Assembly: GCA_951406725.2 (NCBI GenBank)
Contig: OX597814.1
Location: 141,856,001-141,920,000, forward strand
Length of the DNA: 64,000 nt
Direction of reading: 5' to 3'
Source of the DNA: Octopus vulgaris
Lineage: Eukaryota
Shown here: positions 1-13,019 of the stretch, piece by piece
Numbering within the stretch: position 1 is the first letter of the stretch
How the letters are laid out: each line of letters starts with the position of its first letter
Position numbers and translations under genes: made by a program
Notes under the pieces: generated by a model
The model's input: the letters and a program-made list of their open reading frames with translations, nothing else
Told to the model about the DNA's origin: nothing
The model's database searches: none

Positions 1-659
1 TGCATATTAATGGTAATCCCTTGGGGTGGGGGCAAAATCTTTTTTTCTCTGAAGAAATAAAGTATTCCATATAATTTAGGTTTATTTTTTTTCTGTCTTA
101 ATCTGAGTATCTTTCATTGTTTGCAAGACTGGTTGCTGGGTTGAGTAATGTGAGCATAAGGTTTAGATTGGTTTGGTGCAGATGAGTGACTGAAAAAGAA
201 TAACAGGAAGATTTCTAAAGGAGTGATTGGGAAAGATATTAAATTAGGGAGTCTGATAGATTAGGCACAAAAGTAGTGGGAAAAGAGATTAGGCACTAAA
301 TTTCTAAATAGAGGTAGTATGAGTAAATAGGTTTTAGAGAGCAGGGGCAGTGGGAGATATATATATATATAAATAAAAATGCAACTGGTTGTTTACGACC
401 AGTGTTACATATTTATTTTTATGGTTTTGGGTGGGAAGAGACCTAGTTCTCAGACCTCAGCAGATCCTCCAAAACTGTTATTGGTGTGGTTGATGATCAA
501 TTTTATTAGTTATAAGTTGATGCCTGGTGAGTGTGCTGGGAATTCCTTATGTGGAAGGACTGGATGAAATAGTAAAAGGTTGGGTTTGGGAAGAGATACA
601 AAATGGGTTGCTCTAGAAAGAGATGAGGAAGGCTTATGTGAAGGTGGTATGCTGTAGTT

Positions 660-1032
660 CAGTGGTTCCCAACCCTTTTATTTAAATGAGTTTTCTCATG
701 GACCCCTTTTACCCCTTTCATTATCAACCCGGCTGAAACCGGCTCTGGCTCTGAGTACAAATATCTTGTTTTCATCAGTTTTGAATTAAAATCTTCCACC
801 AAACTGTAGTCACAATTTATGCTCCTAACACTGGCTGAATGATAACTAAGTTATTTTACTAAATTCTTTGTTATATTTAAAGTAATTGAAAGAAACAGAG
901 TGCATCTCAAAATAAATACAGTAACGAAAGGGTTAATATGCTTATCTTTGTGTGTGTGTGTGTAATGAAATTTTGAATTTAGTTCATGGAACCCCAGCAC
1001 TACCTTTGTGGACCCCAGTTTGGGAACCACTA
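660..1032. mobile_element. hAT-type MITE
   Basis: TIRs CAGTGGTTCCCAA / TTGGGAACCACTA; perfect 8-bp TSD CTGTAGTT (652-659 and 1033-1040). Confidence 0.85.
713..932. mobile_element. piggyBac-type MITE nested in the hAT MITE
   Basis: Ends CCCTTTCATTA / GTAACGAAAGGG followed by TTAA (left TSD reads TTAC); same TIR as the piggyBac at 20253. Confidence 0.75.
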
Positions 1033-1099
1033 CTGTAGTTAGTTCTTAGAAGAAATTTGTGGTATGACTTAAAGGCTAGTGTGTCGGCCAGTGACACTT

Positions 1100-2090
1100 T
1101 GTTAATCACTTTGTTTCCATTTGAATACAACCAAAGACATTTTCTTTTCTAGCAGCATCACCACCTTTGCAAATGTGAGGATTATTGCCTTGTGGGATTC
1201 AAGTGCTTTTCACACAGCATCAGCAGCCACTTAGAATGAAAGTATCTTCTTGCTTTAGTCTTTGGAATGCAAGTTTTTGCTCTGATGTGAGTGGAATTAC
1301 AAGGAGAATCACTGGTGCTTGTGATGCCATGTATCTTTGGTGATTTGTGAATCTTAATTTTTAACTGTCCATGGTTAGAAAAGCTGAATTTCCTTGATCT
1401 GGGATTCTTTGGATTATTATTGTAGGAAATGCTGTTATGTCTCCATTAGAGGAGTCTTTATTCCTGGTAGCAGTATAGGTTTGACAAAGGATATGAATAA
1501 TGCCTGTGTTTGTAGAAGGTTAAGGTAGAGTGGTGGGTATCTGTTGGAGTAAGTATTACTATAACCAATTTAAATTGGATCTTCAGTATACAACAGTGGA
1601 AACTGAGCAACATAAATTGAACCTTGGGAATACCTAAGTTAATGAAGTGTGAGTCAATGAGTCTAATCTAAATGCATTACAATGGTACAATGTTAGAAAG
1701 CTTCCAACGCAAACTAGTTGGATAGAATCCATAGACAAGTAGTTCAGCCAGTGTTATTGAAGTAGAACTTTTTTTTTCTCCTTAAAGAATTTAGATTTAC
1801 ATAACCTATTTAACTTGTTTATTTACTTTTAAACCTTGTCCAATTATATTGAGCAGTTTATTTCTGGTATTTTAGATGTGTACATTTTTCTACTAGTAAT
1901 TTTCTAACAAGAAATTCTTTCTCCTTTGTTTTGAACTTGAACTGTAACCAAAATATAAATTTACAAACATTTTTACATGGCAGGAGGAAACCTGTTTTCC
2001 TAATTTTAGCCCATACCGTTTTATTATAGTCTGTTATTTTAAGGAATTCTTTAGATAGCAAGCTAACCAGTTTTGTGAGTTTCACCTTCT
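1100..2090 (-). mobile_element. Very old LINE reverse-transcriptase remnant (tentative)
   Basis: Minus strand around 1618-1635 reads G-I-P-Q-G-S, like the RT motif GVPQGS, followed by a PLLYTED-like stretch; otherwise heavily decayed, boundaries approximate. Confidence 0.3.
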
Positions 2091-2517
2091 TGTTAGCTCA
2101 GTAATTTGACTGAGTATCTTCTCATGAACATCAGATTTTGGCACATCAGATGAACTTTTCTCCTAAAAAAATCTCCACATATCACCCCAGGCCCAATATG
2201 CAAAGTTACTTTATTACATGCTTTAACACACTAAACTTTTTCCTGAATATGCATTGCTGAAATTGGCTTCATCTAGTACGAGTGTGCATCTTTTATGCCA
2301 TCAAATATGGTAGTTACTAATTATTAGTCCTACATCTTAAAATTTTTCTAGGGTTTTGCATTTGTTTCTGTTGAACTTTTATATATACTGAATATCATGT
2401 AGATGGGTTGGAAGTATATAAAATTCATTTTTATTCCATTGAGCTTGGACAAATCATTAGTATCTTAGCTGAAGCACATCTACAGGATAATAAACATTTA
2501 AGCTTGCCAATGAATAG

Positions 2518-2565
<48 letters not shown>

Positions 2566-4296
2566 TCTCACTCGCTCGGTTGCTCACTCTCTCACTTGCT
2601 CACTCACAAAGGTGACCAAGTATTAGCTAAACAAACAGGTTGATTAAAGAGAAAAACAAACTATAGGGGAAAATGGGTTATGTGATGTTTTTATCTTAAG
2701 TAAAATATGGTAATTCTATGAAGATGAATATAGTATTTGTGCCTTCAATAAATACTAATAGGATTTCAATAAAACATCAAAGACCATTAGGGAAGTAAAG
2801 CAGGTTTGATGTGCTGTTACATTGATGAAAAGGAATACTGAAGCTTAGTTTTCAGATTCTGTTTAGAAAAGATCTTAGTGTGTGCTTGTGTATAGATATT
2901 ACTTTCCATTATGGATTGTAATTTTGGGGATTTTGTTTTTGTATAATTAATATAATTGGTCATTTAATAGCCTTGTAGTCTTTGTAAATATTATTCTCAA
3001 CCATACCATGTCCCAAAATATATTTAAAATAAGAGTTGTTTAGCATTAACAGTTGAGAATTCATTATACATGTATATTAGGATTTGTTAACTTTGAATTC
3101 CTTAACAGCCTGTGATACTTTGCAAAATAAACTGTTTTGTCTTTATTGATGATCTCTTAGCATTTTATGTAAGTGGATGCTGTTGCTAATGAAAAAAAGT
3201 ACCTTTGAAAGACTATTGATCTGCTTGTCAATTTAAAAATAATTTTGGGTTTTGATTAGTTTCATAATTATTTTATACTTGCTTGATCCAGTGTTACTTC
3301 TAAAATATTGATTCTATTGGATTTATAGAGGGACTAAATAGTTGTATAGTGTGAAGGTGATTTGACCAAATGGCTGTAGAGCATGAAATATTATCACTTA
3401 TGTTTTCTATGCTGGCATGAGTTGGGTGGCTTGACAGGAGCTGGTGAGGCCAAGGGCTGTACTAGGTTCCATAGTCTGTTTTGGCTTGGTTTCTAAAGCT
3501 GGATACCCTTCCTAATGCCAACCACTTTATAGTGTGTACTGGGTGCTTTTTACATGACCCCAGTACAAACATGCAATCACTAAATCTGCTCTCTTCCTTT
3601 TCATTACAAAACACCAAATTAACTGTAGATTTTCCCGTTTTATTTACTACAAAGAAAAGCAATATTAATGATCTGTTTTCTGCAGACTGAAAGTAATCAG
3701 GGGTCAAAATTTATTGCAGGGGAACAGTGTTTTTCACTGATATGTCAATGAATAGATGGATACATAAAAAAAATGATTAGAAAAATGTCCTGCACTGAAG
3801 AGAAGCTGGATACCTGACCACATCATGTGGTGAAATATAGAACAAGTCCTTCACACGATTGCCATGAACAGACATGTGACTATTTATGTGGCAAATGAGT
3901 AAATTAGTTATGGTTCGTAGAAATATCAGGGCAAAGCTGAACAAATATAACTTCTGTTCAAAAGGTGTATGGCTTGTGGCATATGAAAGAAATTAGTTAT
4001 GGCTCTTTATATGAAATAGTCCTTAACAGATAGAACTATGGTTAACATAGCAACAACTTGACATTTCAAGTTCTAACTCAAGGACCTAGTGGGAGACCAC
4101 ATTACTGATGCATGGACAACTAATTCTCTCATCAAGAAAATAATTATAAGTACTTCAATGTTATTTTTCTGACTCACCTTGTTTCCAATCTGTACATAAA
4201 CTCTACTATTTGGGAATTTTACTAATTGTCTAATTTAATTTTTCTCCAGTTGTGTGTGTCTCTGTGTGTATATATACTCTCTGTCACATACACACG

Positions 4297-4575
4297 ACTG
4301 TGTGGTGGAGAAGCCTGGCATCTTGGGCAAGTGTCTTCTCTAGCACCAGGCTAACAAAAAATCTTATAGATTTGGTAGAAAAACTGAAAGAAGCCCAGTA
4401 TATATGTTTGTACATGTGAGTTGGTGCCCTTTTGTCTTGGCATTGCAAGTGGTGTTCATCATTACAAATTTTCTATAAAACATATGTTCTGCAATAGGAA
4501 GGGTGGGTATCTGGCCGTAGAAAATCTCATTCTGTCCAACTTATGCTAGCATGGAAAAATGATAATTTAAAATGA
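4297..4575 (+). mobile_element. Degenerate SINE family B (family A head + RTE-like tail)
   Basis: CTTGGGCAAGTGTCTTCT...ACTGAAAGAAGCCC head, then ...CCGTAGAAAATC...ATGCTAGCATGGAAAA tail; similar to 44250-44655. Confidence 0.6.
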
Positions 4576-4630
4576 CTTTATGTATGTATATGTATTATAT
4601 GCTTTTTTTTTTTTTCCTTTTCTTCTCTAG

Positions 4631-4745
4631 TACATGAGATGGTCTGGAGTACGAAAGAATGTCCAGCACACAACTCTGGAGAAGGTCTTGGCTTTGGAGA
4701 ATTCTGTGTATTTGTCAACGAGTTAGAGGAATATTATAAAAAAGG
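4631..4745 (+). CDS. raw: raw-like exon A (EF-hand-like helix, ...GLGFGEFCVFVNELEEYYKKG)
   Basis: Long polypyrimidine tract plus TAG acceptor ending 4630; donor GG|GTAAGT at 4746; 115 nt open frame; the FGEFCVF motif resembles Raw-family N-terminal regions. Confidence 0.85.
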
Positions 4746-5005
4746 GTAAGTATTATTTTCTTATATCAGATATAGCTACAGGGCAATGTACCAGTTACTT
4801 ATGTAAATTTTGCCCATGAGTACTTCAGAACTTTGATAATTTATTCTTTTGGCTTGATTCAACATTAATGCTTTGCTTCTCCACTGTATCATGTGATACG
4901 TAGGACATATTTCCCTGCTATGATATACATTTTCAGTTTTTTCTTTCCTTTATTCAGTTACAAGAATATGAAAGGAAAGTTTATATTACTCAGAACACAC
5001 TTACA

Positions 5006-5213
5006 CTTTTACTTGTTTCAGTCATTTGACTGTGGCCATGCTGGAGCACCGCCTTTAGTCGAGTAAATCGACCCCTGGACTTATTCTTTGTAAGCTTAGT
5101 GCTTATTTTATCGGTCTCTTTTGCCGAACCGCTAAGTTACAGGAACGTAAACACACCAGATGTTGGGGGGATAAACACACACACAAACATATACACACAC
5201 ATACAGATATAGA

Positions 5214-5257
<44 letters not shown>

Positions 5258-5419
5258 ACGGGCTTCTTTCAGTTTCCATCTACCAAATCTACTCACAAGG
5301 CTTTGGTTGGCCCGAGGCTATAGTAGAAGACACTTGCCCAAGGTGCCACGCAGTGGGACTGAACCCGGAACCATGTGGTTCGTAAGCAAGCTACTTACCA
5401 CACAGCCACTCCTATGCCT
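5006..5419 (-). mobile_element. tRNA-derived SINE family A, full length
   Basis: Minus strand starts GGCATAGGAGTGGCTGTGTGG (A box)...GGTTCAGTCCC (B box), then CCTTGGGCAAGT core and an internal (TA)/(TG) run; more than 10 related copies in the window. Confidence 0.9.
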
Positions 5420-6097
5420 CACAAAGTAAGGAATAACTAAAATTCTAAAAGTAAGCATGGACATGTAGGGCAAACTTATGAAAATATTTTGGACAAGTTA
5501 AGGGCTAATCTATCTGAACTCACAATTTCTTTTCTATTAGCTACAGAAGGTAGCTTACAAGGCATTAAATTTTTTCTTTAGTGTTTTCTTTATGTGCTCA
5601 TTTGATGCACACAAGTGTGTTTGTGAGACAGAAAGATGTATAACCATTACTCTTCATTTTAGAATTATCATGTACTCAGGAATTGAGTGAACCCTTTTAA
5701 ACTAGTCATTTAAGTTTTTTGTTTCTCTTTTTTAATTGGTGCCATTTACTTTAAAATGCTTAGATTCTGGTAATCAATGCTGTCATTACTAATCTAAATT
5801 AATGATGAATACAGAGCACGGTGATATGAAGGCCTTTTAAGTAGGTTGCAGGGCTTGCTGCCCTTGTTCTACTCATTTGTCTGTGCAATAACTTGATGTG
5901 GAAAACACAATTGATCCAGAAGTTGACCATCTCTAACTGCAATGTAAGGGTTTTTCTGAGTTTTAGGCCAATGAATTGCAGAAACAGGGTTTTCCAGGCC
6001 TTCCACTTTTATTTCATTTCTTCCTGAATTGCTTCACAATATTTTGTTGATGTCTCAGGTCTCCATGAGCCTAGGTTGCCCATGCCTGCTGTAGAAT

Positions 6098-6447
6098 ATC
6101 TTTCAGTCATTGGACTGCAGTCATGCTGGTAGACTTCATTGTAGGGTTTTACTCAAACAGATTGGCTCCAATACTTTTCTTTTAAGTAGGGTACTTACAC
6201 TTTTGGTTTTTATTGTCAAACCAAGTTTTAGCGGTGTAAACAAACCAGCACTGTCAAACAGTGAGTAGAGGACAACACATACAACCACATATTATACAAT
6301 GGGCTTCCACAGTTTTCATCTATGTAATTCACTCATAAGGTATTAGTCAGCTAAGATCTATAGTAGGCACTTGTCCTAAGTACCATGCAGTGGGACTGAA
6401 TCCTAAACTATGAGGTTAGAAAATAAGCTTAACCACACAGCCATGCC
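6098..6447 (-). mobile_element. SINE family A, diverged
   Basis: TTTCAGTCATTGGACTGC...GCAGTGGGACTGAA...ACCACACAGCCATGCC, collinear with 5006-5419. Confidence 0.75.
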
Positions 6448-6917
6448 AATACACAAGTACTATAGAATACTAATGTACTATAGCTATAGTATTTAGGATA
6501 TTGGTAGGGTTATTACATCAGTAATTTAATGTTAACTAAAGATTGTAAAATCTCCTGGTTATACTTGATCTGAAGCAAATATAATGAAGTACTTTCACTA
6601 AGAATGCAAAATACTGTTTCAACTGCAGAATATCAGTTTTAATCTATAGATTCTACCCACAAATAAGAATTACAATAATATATGGGACGAGTACAGTGGA
6701 AACTGGTAGTCATTTCAAGTTGATTTGTTTTAATTAAGCATTCATTTCATTACTAAAAATTAACATTAAAATTTTTCTTTCATCTGGCTGTTTCTAATTT
6801 CAAAAATGTTAATTCAATCAGGTTAAATTTTATTTTGTACCTGGAAATGTTATTTTTATCATTTCATTTTAACGTAAATTAATTTGTGATTGATCGATCT
6901 ATACATTCACTTGAGAT

Positions 6918-6975
6918 GCTCTGTTTAAACAGTTGAAATGCTCTGTTTAAACAGTTGAAATGCTATGTTTAAACA
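6918..6975. repeat. Short tandem repeat ATGCTCTGTTTAAACAGTTGAA, about 2.7 copies
   Basis: Directly visible. Confidence 0.8.
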
Positions 6976-8222
6976 AATCTAAATTATATACCAGTAACTT
7001 TGTATTTAGATGTTTGAGTCTTTTTTTTTTTTTTTTTCTTTTGAAAGTTTCGTATGCTCAAATATTGCTGCAGTATTTCCCAAATGTCTTCCTTCATTCC
7101 ACAGAGAAACTAGAATTCTGTGTTTTGAATTAACGTTGAAACCACTTTGTGGATTTGTGGTGGATGTAACGTTACACATACTTTCCTGAGCATTTTCTGC
7201 AAGAAATCAAAGAAAAGTATTTCCCTTGCTTACGAAACCTAAAGAAAACCTAATCTCAAAAGTGCTTCAACTGGGATGAGATAAAAATGTTTGTGTTTCT
7301 GTTTGTTTAAATTCAGTTTCTTATTTACAGTTTGGATTAGTCATTTTTCTTTTTACAAAGAATCTTAAGTATTATCTATTTTTTTCCTCTCCCTTTCTCT
7401 TTATATATCTTTTTGTTTTGTTTTTTTTTACACTCTTCTTGAGACCCATACTATGAAATATTAGCTTTCTATCTTAATATAAACATTTCATCTCGGATGC
7501 TTTTGCTATATTGAGCTATTAATCACTATGGCAATAGGATTCTGTTTGCTGGAAAATTTGGTCAATAAAACCAGACATTAGCATTTACATTAATTTTTCT
7601 GTTATTTTTTATGAAGTTAAATTTCTTTTGTTTTCCTTCAGAAAGTAGATGTCACTTAGGACTAAAATACATACATATATTTTAATGTATTTTATATACA
7701 TTCTTTTGATGAGTTTTTCTTTCTTCATGTATGAATATTTGTGACTGTGTATGTGCGCGCACGTGTGCATTTGCACATACTCTCACACTCTCACTCCCAC
7801 TTACTCACATGCACTGTTATCATTCATTGATAGAAATCTTATATTTTAAGAACAAGGGAAAAGAGAATGAGTTTGGTTTCATTTTTCCAAAATGGTATAT
7901 CTTAATTTATTGAAATAATATCTTTTCAGAAAGAATGTTTTCTGGTAGTTTCTAAATTCTGTGTCTCTCAAGCATAATGGCTTGTATGTCTTGAGGTAAT
8001 GTAAAACAAGAATTATTGATAGATGTAGTGAATGGATATATTTTAGGTTTATGAAATGAACAATAGCAAGAGTTATACATCATTGTTTTGTGTCTACATT
8101 TCAGGCTGGCATGGATTGGTTGGATTGTCACAGTCCAAGTCCTTATTTGGAGTTACTGCTCTCCTAGATGGGTTTCCTAGAGGGTGAAGGGATTGTTTGT
8201 CTTGTATTCATTTTAGTATGAG

Positions 8223-8256
<34 letters not shown>

Positions 8257-8267
8257 TATATATTTAT

Positions 8268-8554
8268 TGTTGTGTCTGGGGAGAGTCATTTTCTTTTTGT
8301 GCCTTATAATGTAACACATTCACCAGTAAAATTTCCACCTTTTTCTTATTTTTATTTTCCTAAAATTTTCGTTGCGTCTTGCAGCCTTTTCAATAGTCTT
8401 GACTCTGTCTGAATGAACAGTCAAGACTATTGAAAAGGTTGCAAGACACAACGAAAATTTTAGAAAAAAAAAAAAGAAGAAAAAATTGGAAATTTTACCG
8501 GTGAATGTGTTACATTAAAAGGCTCAAAAAGAAAATGACTCCCCAGACACAACA
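8268..8554. repeat. Long inverted repeat (about 136-bp arms) between (TA)n tracts; Penelope-like fold-back remnant
   Basis: 8268-8404 is the near reverse complement of 8419-8554; 14-nt spacer; (TA)n at both flanks. Confidence 0.85.
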
Positions 8555-8610
8555 GAATATGCTTAAACACACACTCATACAAAGAATCTTGCAAACCAAA
8601 TCCAAAAATG

Positions 8611-8646
<36 letters not shown>

Positions 8647-8761
8647 CTTGATTACATTCCTAATGCCAACCATTTTAAATACTGGGTTCATTTTATAGTG
8701 AGACTTGTACTAGAAAGATGTTCCCAGTAAAACTGGAGTATACTCTGACTTACATTGATTC

Positions 8762-8930
8762 TTCATCATCATTGTTTAACATCTGTTTCCCATGCTGGTA
8801 TGTGTCGGACAGCTTGACAGGAGCTGGCCAACCAGAGAGCTGTCCAGGCTCCAATTTACTGGTTTGGCATGATTTCTACTGCTGGATAAACTTCGTGACA
8901 TGTAAAAAGCTGGGTGTTTTTTACATGCCA
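8762..8930 (-). mobile_element. RTE LINE 3'-end fragment (other copies at about 3400-3560, 21675-21820, 24715-24828, 29230-29600 on -; 20070-20252, 39395-39575 on +)
   Basis: CATCATCATTGTTTAACATCTGTTTCCCATGCTGG is the reverse complement of the 3' tail at 55660-55706 and 12520-12552. Confidence 0.7.
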
Positions 8931-9771
8931 TAAATCTGGATAATCTTGTAATGTTTCTATTTATCTAGAATGTAGTACTTGAGTGGTATTGCAAGGATTC
9001 TCAGTGGCTGGGTGTTAGTTTAAAACCACTTTTGGTGCACCTACTTCAATAAAAAGGCATGAAGGGCCAGAAATTGTTTCCTCTCCAGGATTATTCCCAA
9101 GGGTTGTCTCATTTTTACCCCTGCTTCTAACTTTTAGTACCCATAGGCTTTCAAACAGTTTGTGAGATTGGATAGTGTTAGAAGTTCAGTGCGAATATGT
9201 TAAGAAATGATAAAATAATTTCATAAGAGGAAGTGGTTAATATTTAAATAATATTTAATATTTTAATATAGAGACTAAAAAGGGGATTGGTATTTACTCA
9301 AGTAAATGAAAATAAATTTTCTGGAGGAATGAATAGCTATTCAGTGTCTTCTCTTTAGAAATGAAGTGGTTTTGATTGTGTAGAAGTGATTTGGATAGGA
9401 TGACAATGTACTTAAAACTTATCTCTTCAAGATGGATGCAAGAAATAGTTACTTCATTTCATAAAAGTCAAACAGTGTAAATAATTATATCTTCTGTGTG
9501 AAAAATATTTTCCATTCATTTTCCCATACTATGGGATGGACAAGTCCTTCATCATTTGGTACACACAGCAACAAATAAAAGCTGAACATCTTTGGTGTGT
9601 GTCAGATTTTTGGTATGGTTTCTATTAACAGTAACAGTCCACACTGTAGAATGCATTGTAAGAGAAAGTTTGTCTACGACAGGACTAATCCTCTCTACCT
9701 TGCATTAGTATTTTTTTAAATTCAAAATTACTATCATCCTGGATTATTCCTTGCACTAAGCTAAGGTTTGC

Positions 9772-9785
9772 CCTGTCTGTCTCTG

Positions 9786-9820
<35 letters not shown>

Positions 9821-11468
9821 GTGTCTGTCTGTCTGTCTCTCTGTCTGTCTGTCTGTCTCTGTGTCTGTCTGTCTGTCTCTGTGTCTGTCTGTCTGTCTCT
9901 GTGTCTGTCTGTCTGTCTCTGTGTCTGTCTGTCTGTCTCTGTGTCTGTCTGTCTGTCTCTGTGTCTGTCTGTCTGTCTGTCTCTGTCTCTGTCTCTCTCT
10001 GTCTCTGTCTGTCTCTGTCTGTCTCTCTGTCTGTCTGTCTGTCTGTGTCTGTCTGTCTGTCTGTGTCTGTCTGTCTGTCTGTGTCTGTCTGTCTGTCTGT
10101 CTCTGTTTGTCTGTCTGTCTGTCTCTGTGTTTGTCTGTCTGTCTGTCTCTGTGTTTGTCTGTCTGTCTGTCTCTGTGTTTGTCTGTCTGTCTGTCTGTCT
10201 CTGTGTTTGTCTGTCTGTCTCTGTGTTTGTCTGTCTGTCTGTCTCTGTGTTTGTCTGTCTGTCTGTCTGTCTCTGTGTTTGTCTGTCTGTCTGTCTGTCT
10301 CTGTGTTTGTCTGTCTGTCTGTCTGTCTCTGTGTTTGTCTGTCTGTCTGTCTCTGTGTTTGTCTGTCTGTCTGTCTCTGTGTTTGTCTGTCTGTCTGTCT
10401 CTGTGTTTGTCTGTCTGTCTGTCTCTGTGTTTGTCTGTCTGTCTGTCTCTGTGTTTGTCTCTGTCTGTCTCTGTGTTTGTCTGTCTGTCTGTCTCTGTGT
10501 TTGTCTCTCTGTCTCTCTGTCTGTCTGTCTGTCTGTCTCTCTGTCTCTCTGTCTCTCTGTCTCTCTGTCTGTCTGTCTCTCTGTCTGTCTCTCTGTCTGT
10601 CTCTCTGTCTGTCTCTCTGTCTCTGTCTCTCTGTCTCTCTCTCTGTCTCTCTGTCTGTCTGTCTGTCTCTGTCTGTCTGTCTCTCTGTGTCTGTCTGTCT
10701 GTCTGTGTCTGTCTGTCTGTCTGTCTCTGTCTGTCTGTCTGTCTGTCTGTCTTTGTCTCTGTTTGTCTGTCTGTCTGTCTCTGTGTTTGTCTGTCTGTCT
10801 CTCTGTCTGTCTGTCTGTCTCTCTGTCTGTCTCTGTCTGTCTCTGTCTGTCTGTCTGTCTCTCTGTGTCTGTCTGTCTGTCTGTCTCTGTGTCTGTCTGT
10901 CTGTCTGTCTCTGTTTGTCTGTCTGTCTGTCTGCCTGTCTCTGTCTCTGTCTCTCTGTCTCTGTCTGTCTGTCTGCCTGTCTGTCTGTCTCTCACTGTCT
11001 CTCTCTGTCTCTCTCTGTCTCTCTCTCTGTCTGTCTCTCTCTGTCTCTGTCTGTCTGTCTCTCTCTCTGTCTGTCTCTCTCTGTCTCTGTCTGTCTCTCT
11101 CTCTGTCTGTCTCTCTCTGTCTCTCTCTGTCTGTCTCTCTCTGTCTCTGTCTGTCTCTCTCTGTCTCTCTCTGTCTGTCTCTCTCTGTCTCTCTCTGTCT
11201 GTCTCTCTCTGTCTCTGTCTGTCTCTCTCTCTGTCTGTCTCTCTCTGTCTCTGTCTGTCTCTCTCTGTCTCTCTCTCTCTGTCTGTCTCTCTCTGTCTCT
11301 GTCTGTCTCTCTCTGTCTCTGTCTGTCTCTCTCTGTCTCTGTCTGTCTCTCTCTGTCTCTGTCTGTCTCTCTCTGTCTCTGTCTGTCTCTCTCTCTGTCT
11401 CTCTGTCTGTCTCTCTCTCTGTCTCTCTGTCTGTCTCTCTCTCTGTCTCTCTCTCTGTCTCTCTCTCC
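9772..11468. repeat. 1.7-kb compound (TCTG)n/(TC)n microsatellite with higher-order units
   Basis: Directly visible; source of the spurious 400-600 aa ORFs. Confidence 0.98.
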
Positions 11469-11525
11469 CTCATGTGCCTATACTGTACTGCTTAAACACA
11501 TTTCTGGAATTCTATTCCATAAACA

Positions 11526-11568
<43 letters not shown>

Positions 11569-11679
11569 TAAATAAATAAAAACAACTTTGTTTATGGTTT
11601 CACTTGGATAAAAGTATTAGTAATTTCTCAAATCTTGTGGTAGCCCTAGGAAAGTTGGAGTAAAGAGCTGTGTCCAACT

Positions 11680-12552
11680 AGACATTTGTACGTAGTTCAA
11701 CAGGTGACCAAGTCAGTAGCAAAGGTGGATGCTCTGAGAGCATAACTGTGATAATAGGCTGGGCAAAGTTCAGTGCTCCTACCTCTGTTGGCAAAAAAGG
11801 GCCTCTCCTTCAGAGTGAAATCAGATTGTATGTTGCCTGTGTGAACAGCAATGCTACATAGCAGTGAAACATGAGCTGGGACCATCGTTGACATGTGTAG
11901 GCTTGTAAGAAATGGAGCTGGCATGCTTCACTGAATGTGCAATATCAGTGTGCATGAATGACAGTGTGAGCATCTTGAGAGAAGTTCGGCATAAGAGACA
12001 TCAAATGTGTACAAGAGAGACGACTGTGCTAGTATGGTTATGTGATGCATACGAACGCTGATCTCTAACTGTAGAGGGAACCTGTGGAAAAGGTAAACCC
12101 AGGAAGACATGGGACAAGGTGATGAAGCATGATTTTTTCAAATTTTGGATCTCATGACAATGACTACTGACCAAGACCTTTGGCAAAGTGTCACACTCGA
12201 GAAGACTTGTCAAGCTAAGTGAAATCAGTTGTGGCTGATGCCAGTATCACGTAACTGGCACCCATGCTAGTGGCACATAAAAACCACCTTTTGAGCGCTG
12301 GGCTTCATGGAGGCAATGATAAATGACCGAGACCTTTGGCAGGATGCTGTGCTTGAGTAGAAGACCCATCAAGCCAACTGAATCCATAGTCATGGCACAT
12401 ACTGATGTCACATAAAAGCACCCATTACACTCTTAGTGGTTCATGTTAGGAAAGGCATCCAGCCATCGAAATCATGCCAAATTGGAGTGAAGTCTGGTAC
12501 AACCTTGGTGAAACTGTACAACCCATGGATAATGGCTGTTAAATGATGAAGA
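11680..12552 (+). mobile_element. 5'-truncated RTE-clade LINE (decayed ORF2 C-terminus + 3' UTR)
   Basis: Frameshifted translation gives LLPLL..KGLSFRVK..LY.ACV..AML.SSET* ... QERRL..YG.V; ends in GTTAAATGATGAAGAT tail. Confidence 0.8.
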
Positions 12553-12619
12553 TAAATGAGACTTGTTATATTTCAAGGTTAAATTGATTACACAAAACAA
12601 TGTTACCTTTGGTTATTAA

Positions 12620-12835
12620 CTATCACTGTATTAAATTTTTGCTGGTGATACAATACACGAACTATACACAAATCTATTCTCATAACCTCTTTTTTATTGT
12701 CCCAGTAAAAATATTATGTTCATACATCTTATGAAATGTGGAGAATTCTGGAAAGTATCCCACCATTAAAACCAAGTTAATTTGGTTCCTGTGTCTCAAG
12801 TGCACAGAGTATACTTGGTTCCCACACAGTAAAGG
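12620..12835. mobile_element. piggyBac-type MITE (inverted copy at 52582-52847)
   Basis: TTAA at both flanks; both ends match the reverse complement of the ends of 52582-52847 (GGAACCAAGTA..., TTAAATTTTTG). Confidence 0.6.
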
Positions 12836-13019
12836 TTAATACTAGCAATTTCCTAATTATAGAAGTAATTATGTTTTTGATAAGTAATATCTTGCAGCTG
12901 TAGGTGATCTGACAATACAGACTCGGGTTTTAGCTGTGACAGTCCTGATTTTTTATTCACAGTGCTTCCAGGTCCACATTCATCAATGTACCTGCCCTTT
13001 CTCTTTTAATATTGTAGTG

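Noticed and set aside
5450-6090. hAT element ending GTTGCCCATGCCTG
   Set aside because: Only one convincing terminal repeat; no matching TSD found.
9685-11575. ORFs of 436-596 aa on both strands
   Set aside because: Translations of a (TCTG)n/(TC)n microsatellite that lacks stop codons; no coding evidence.
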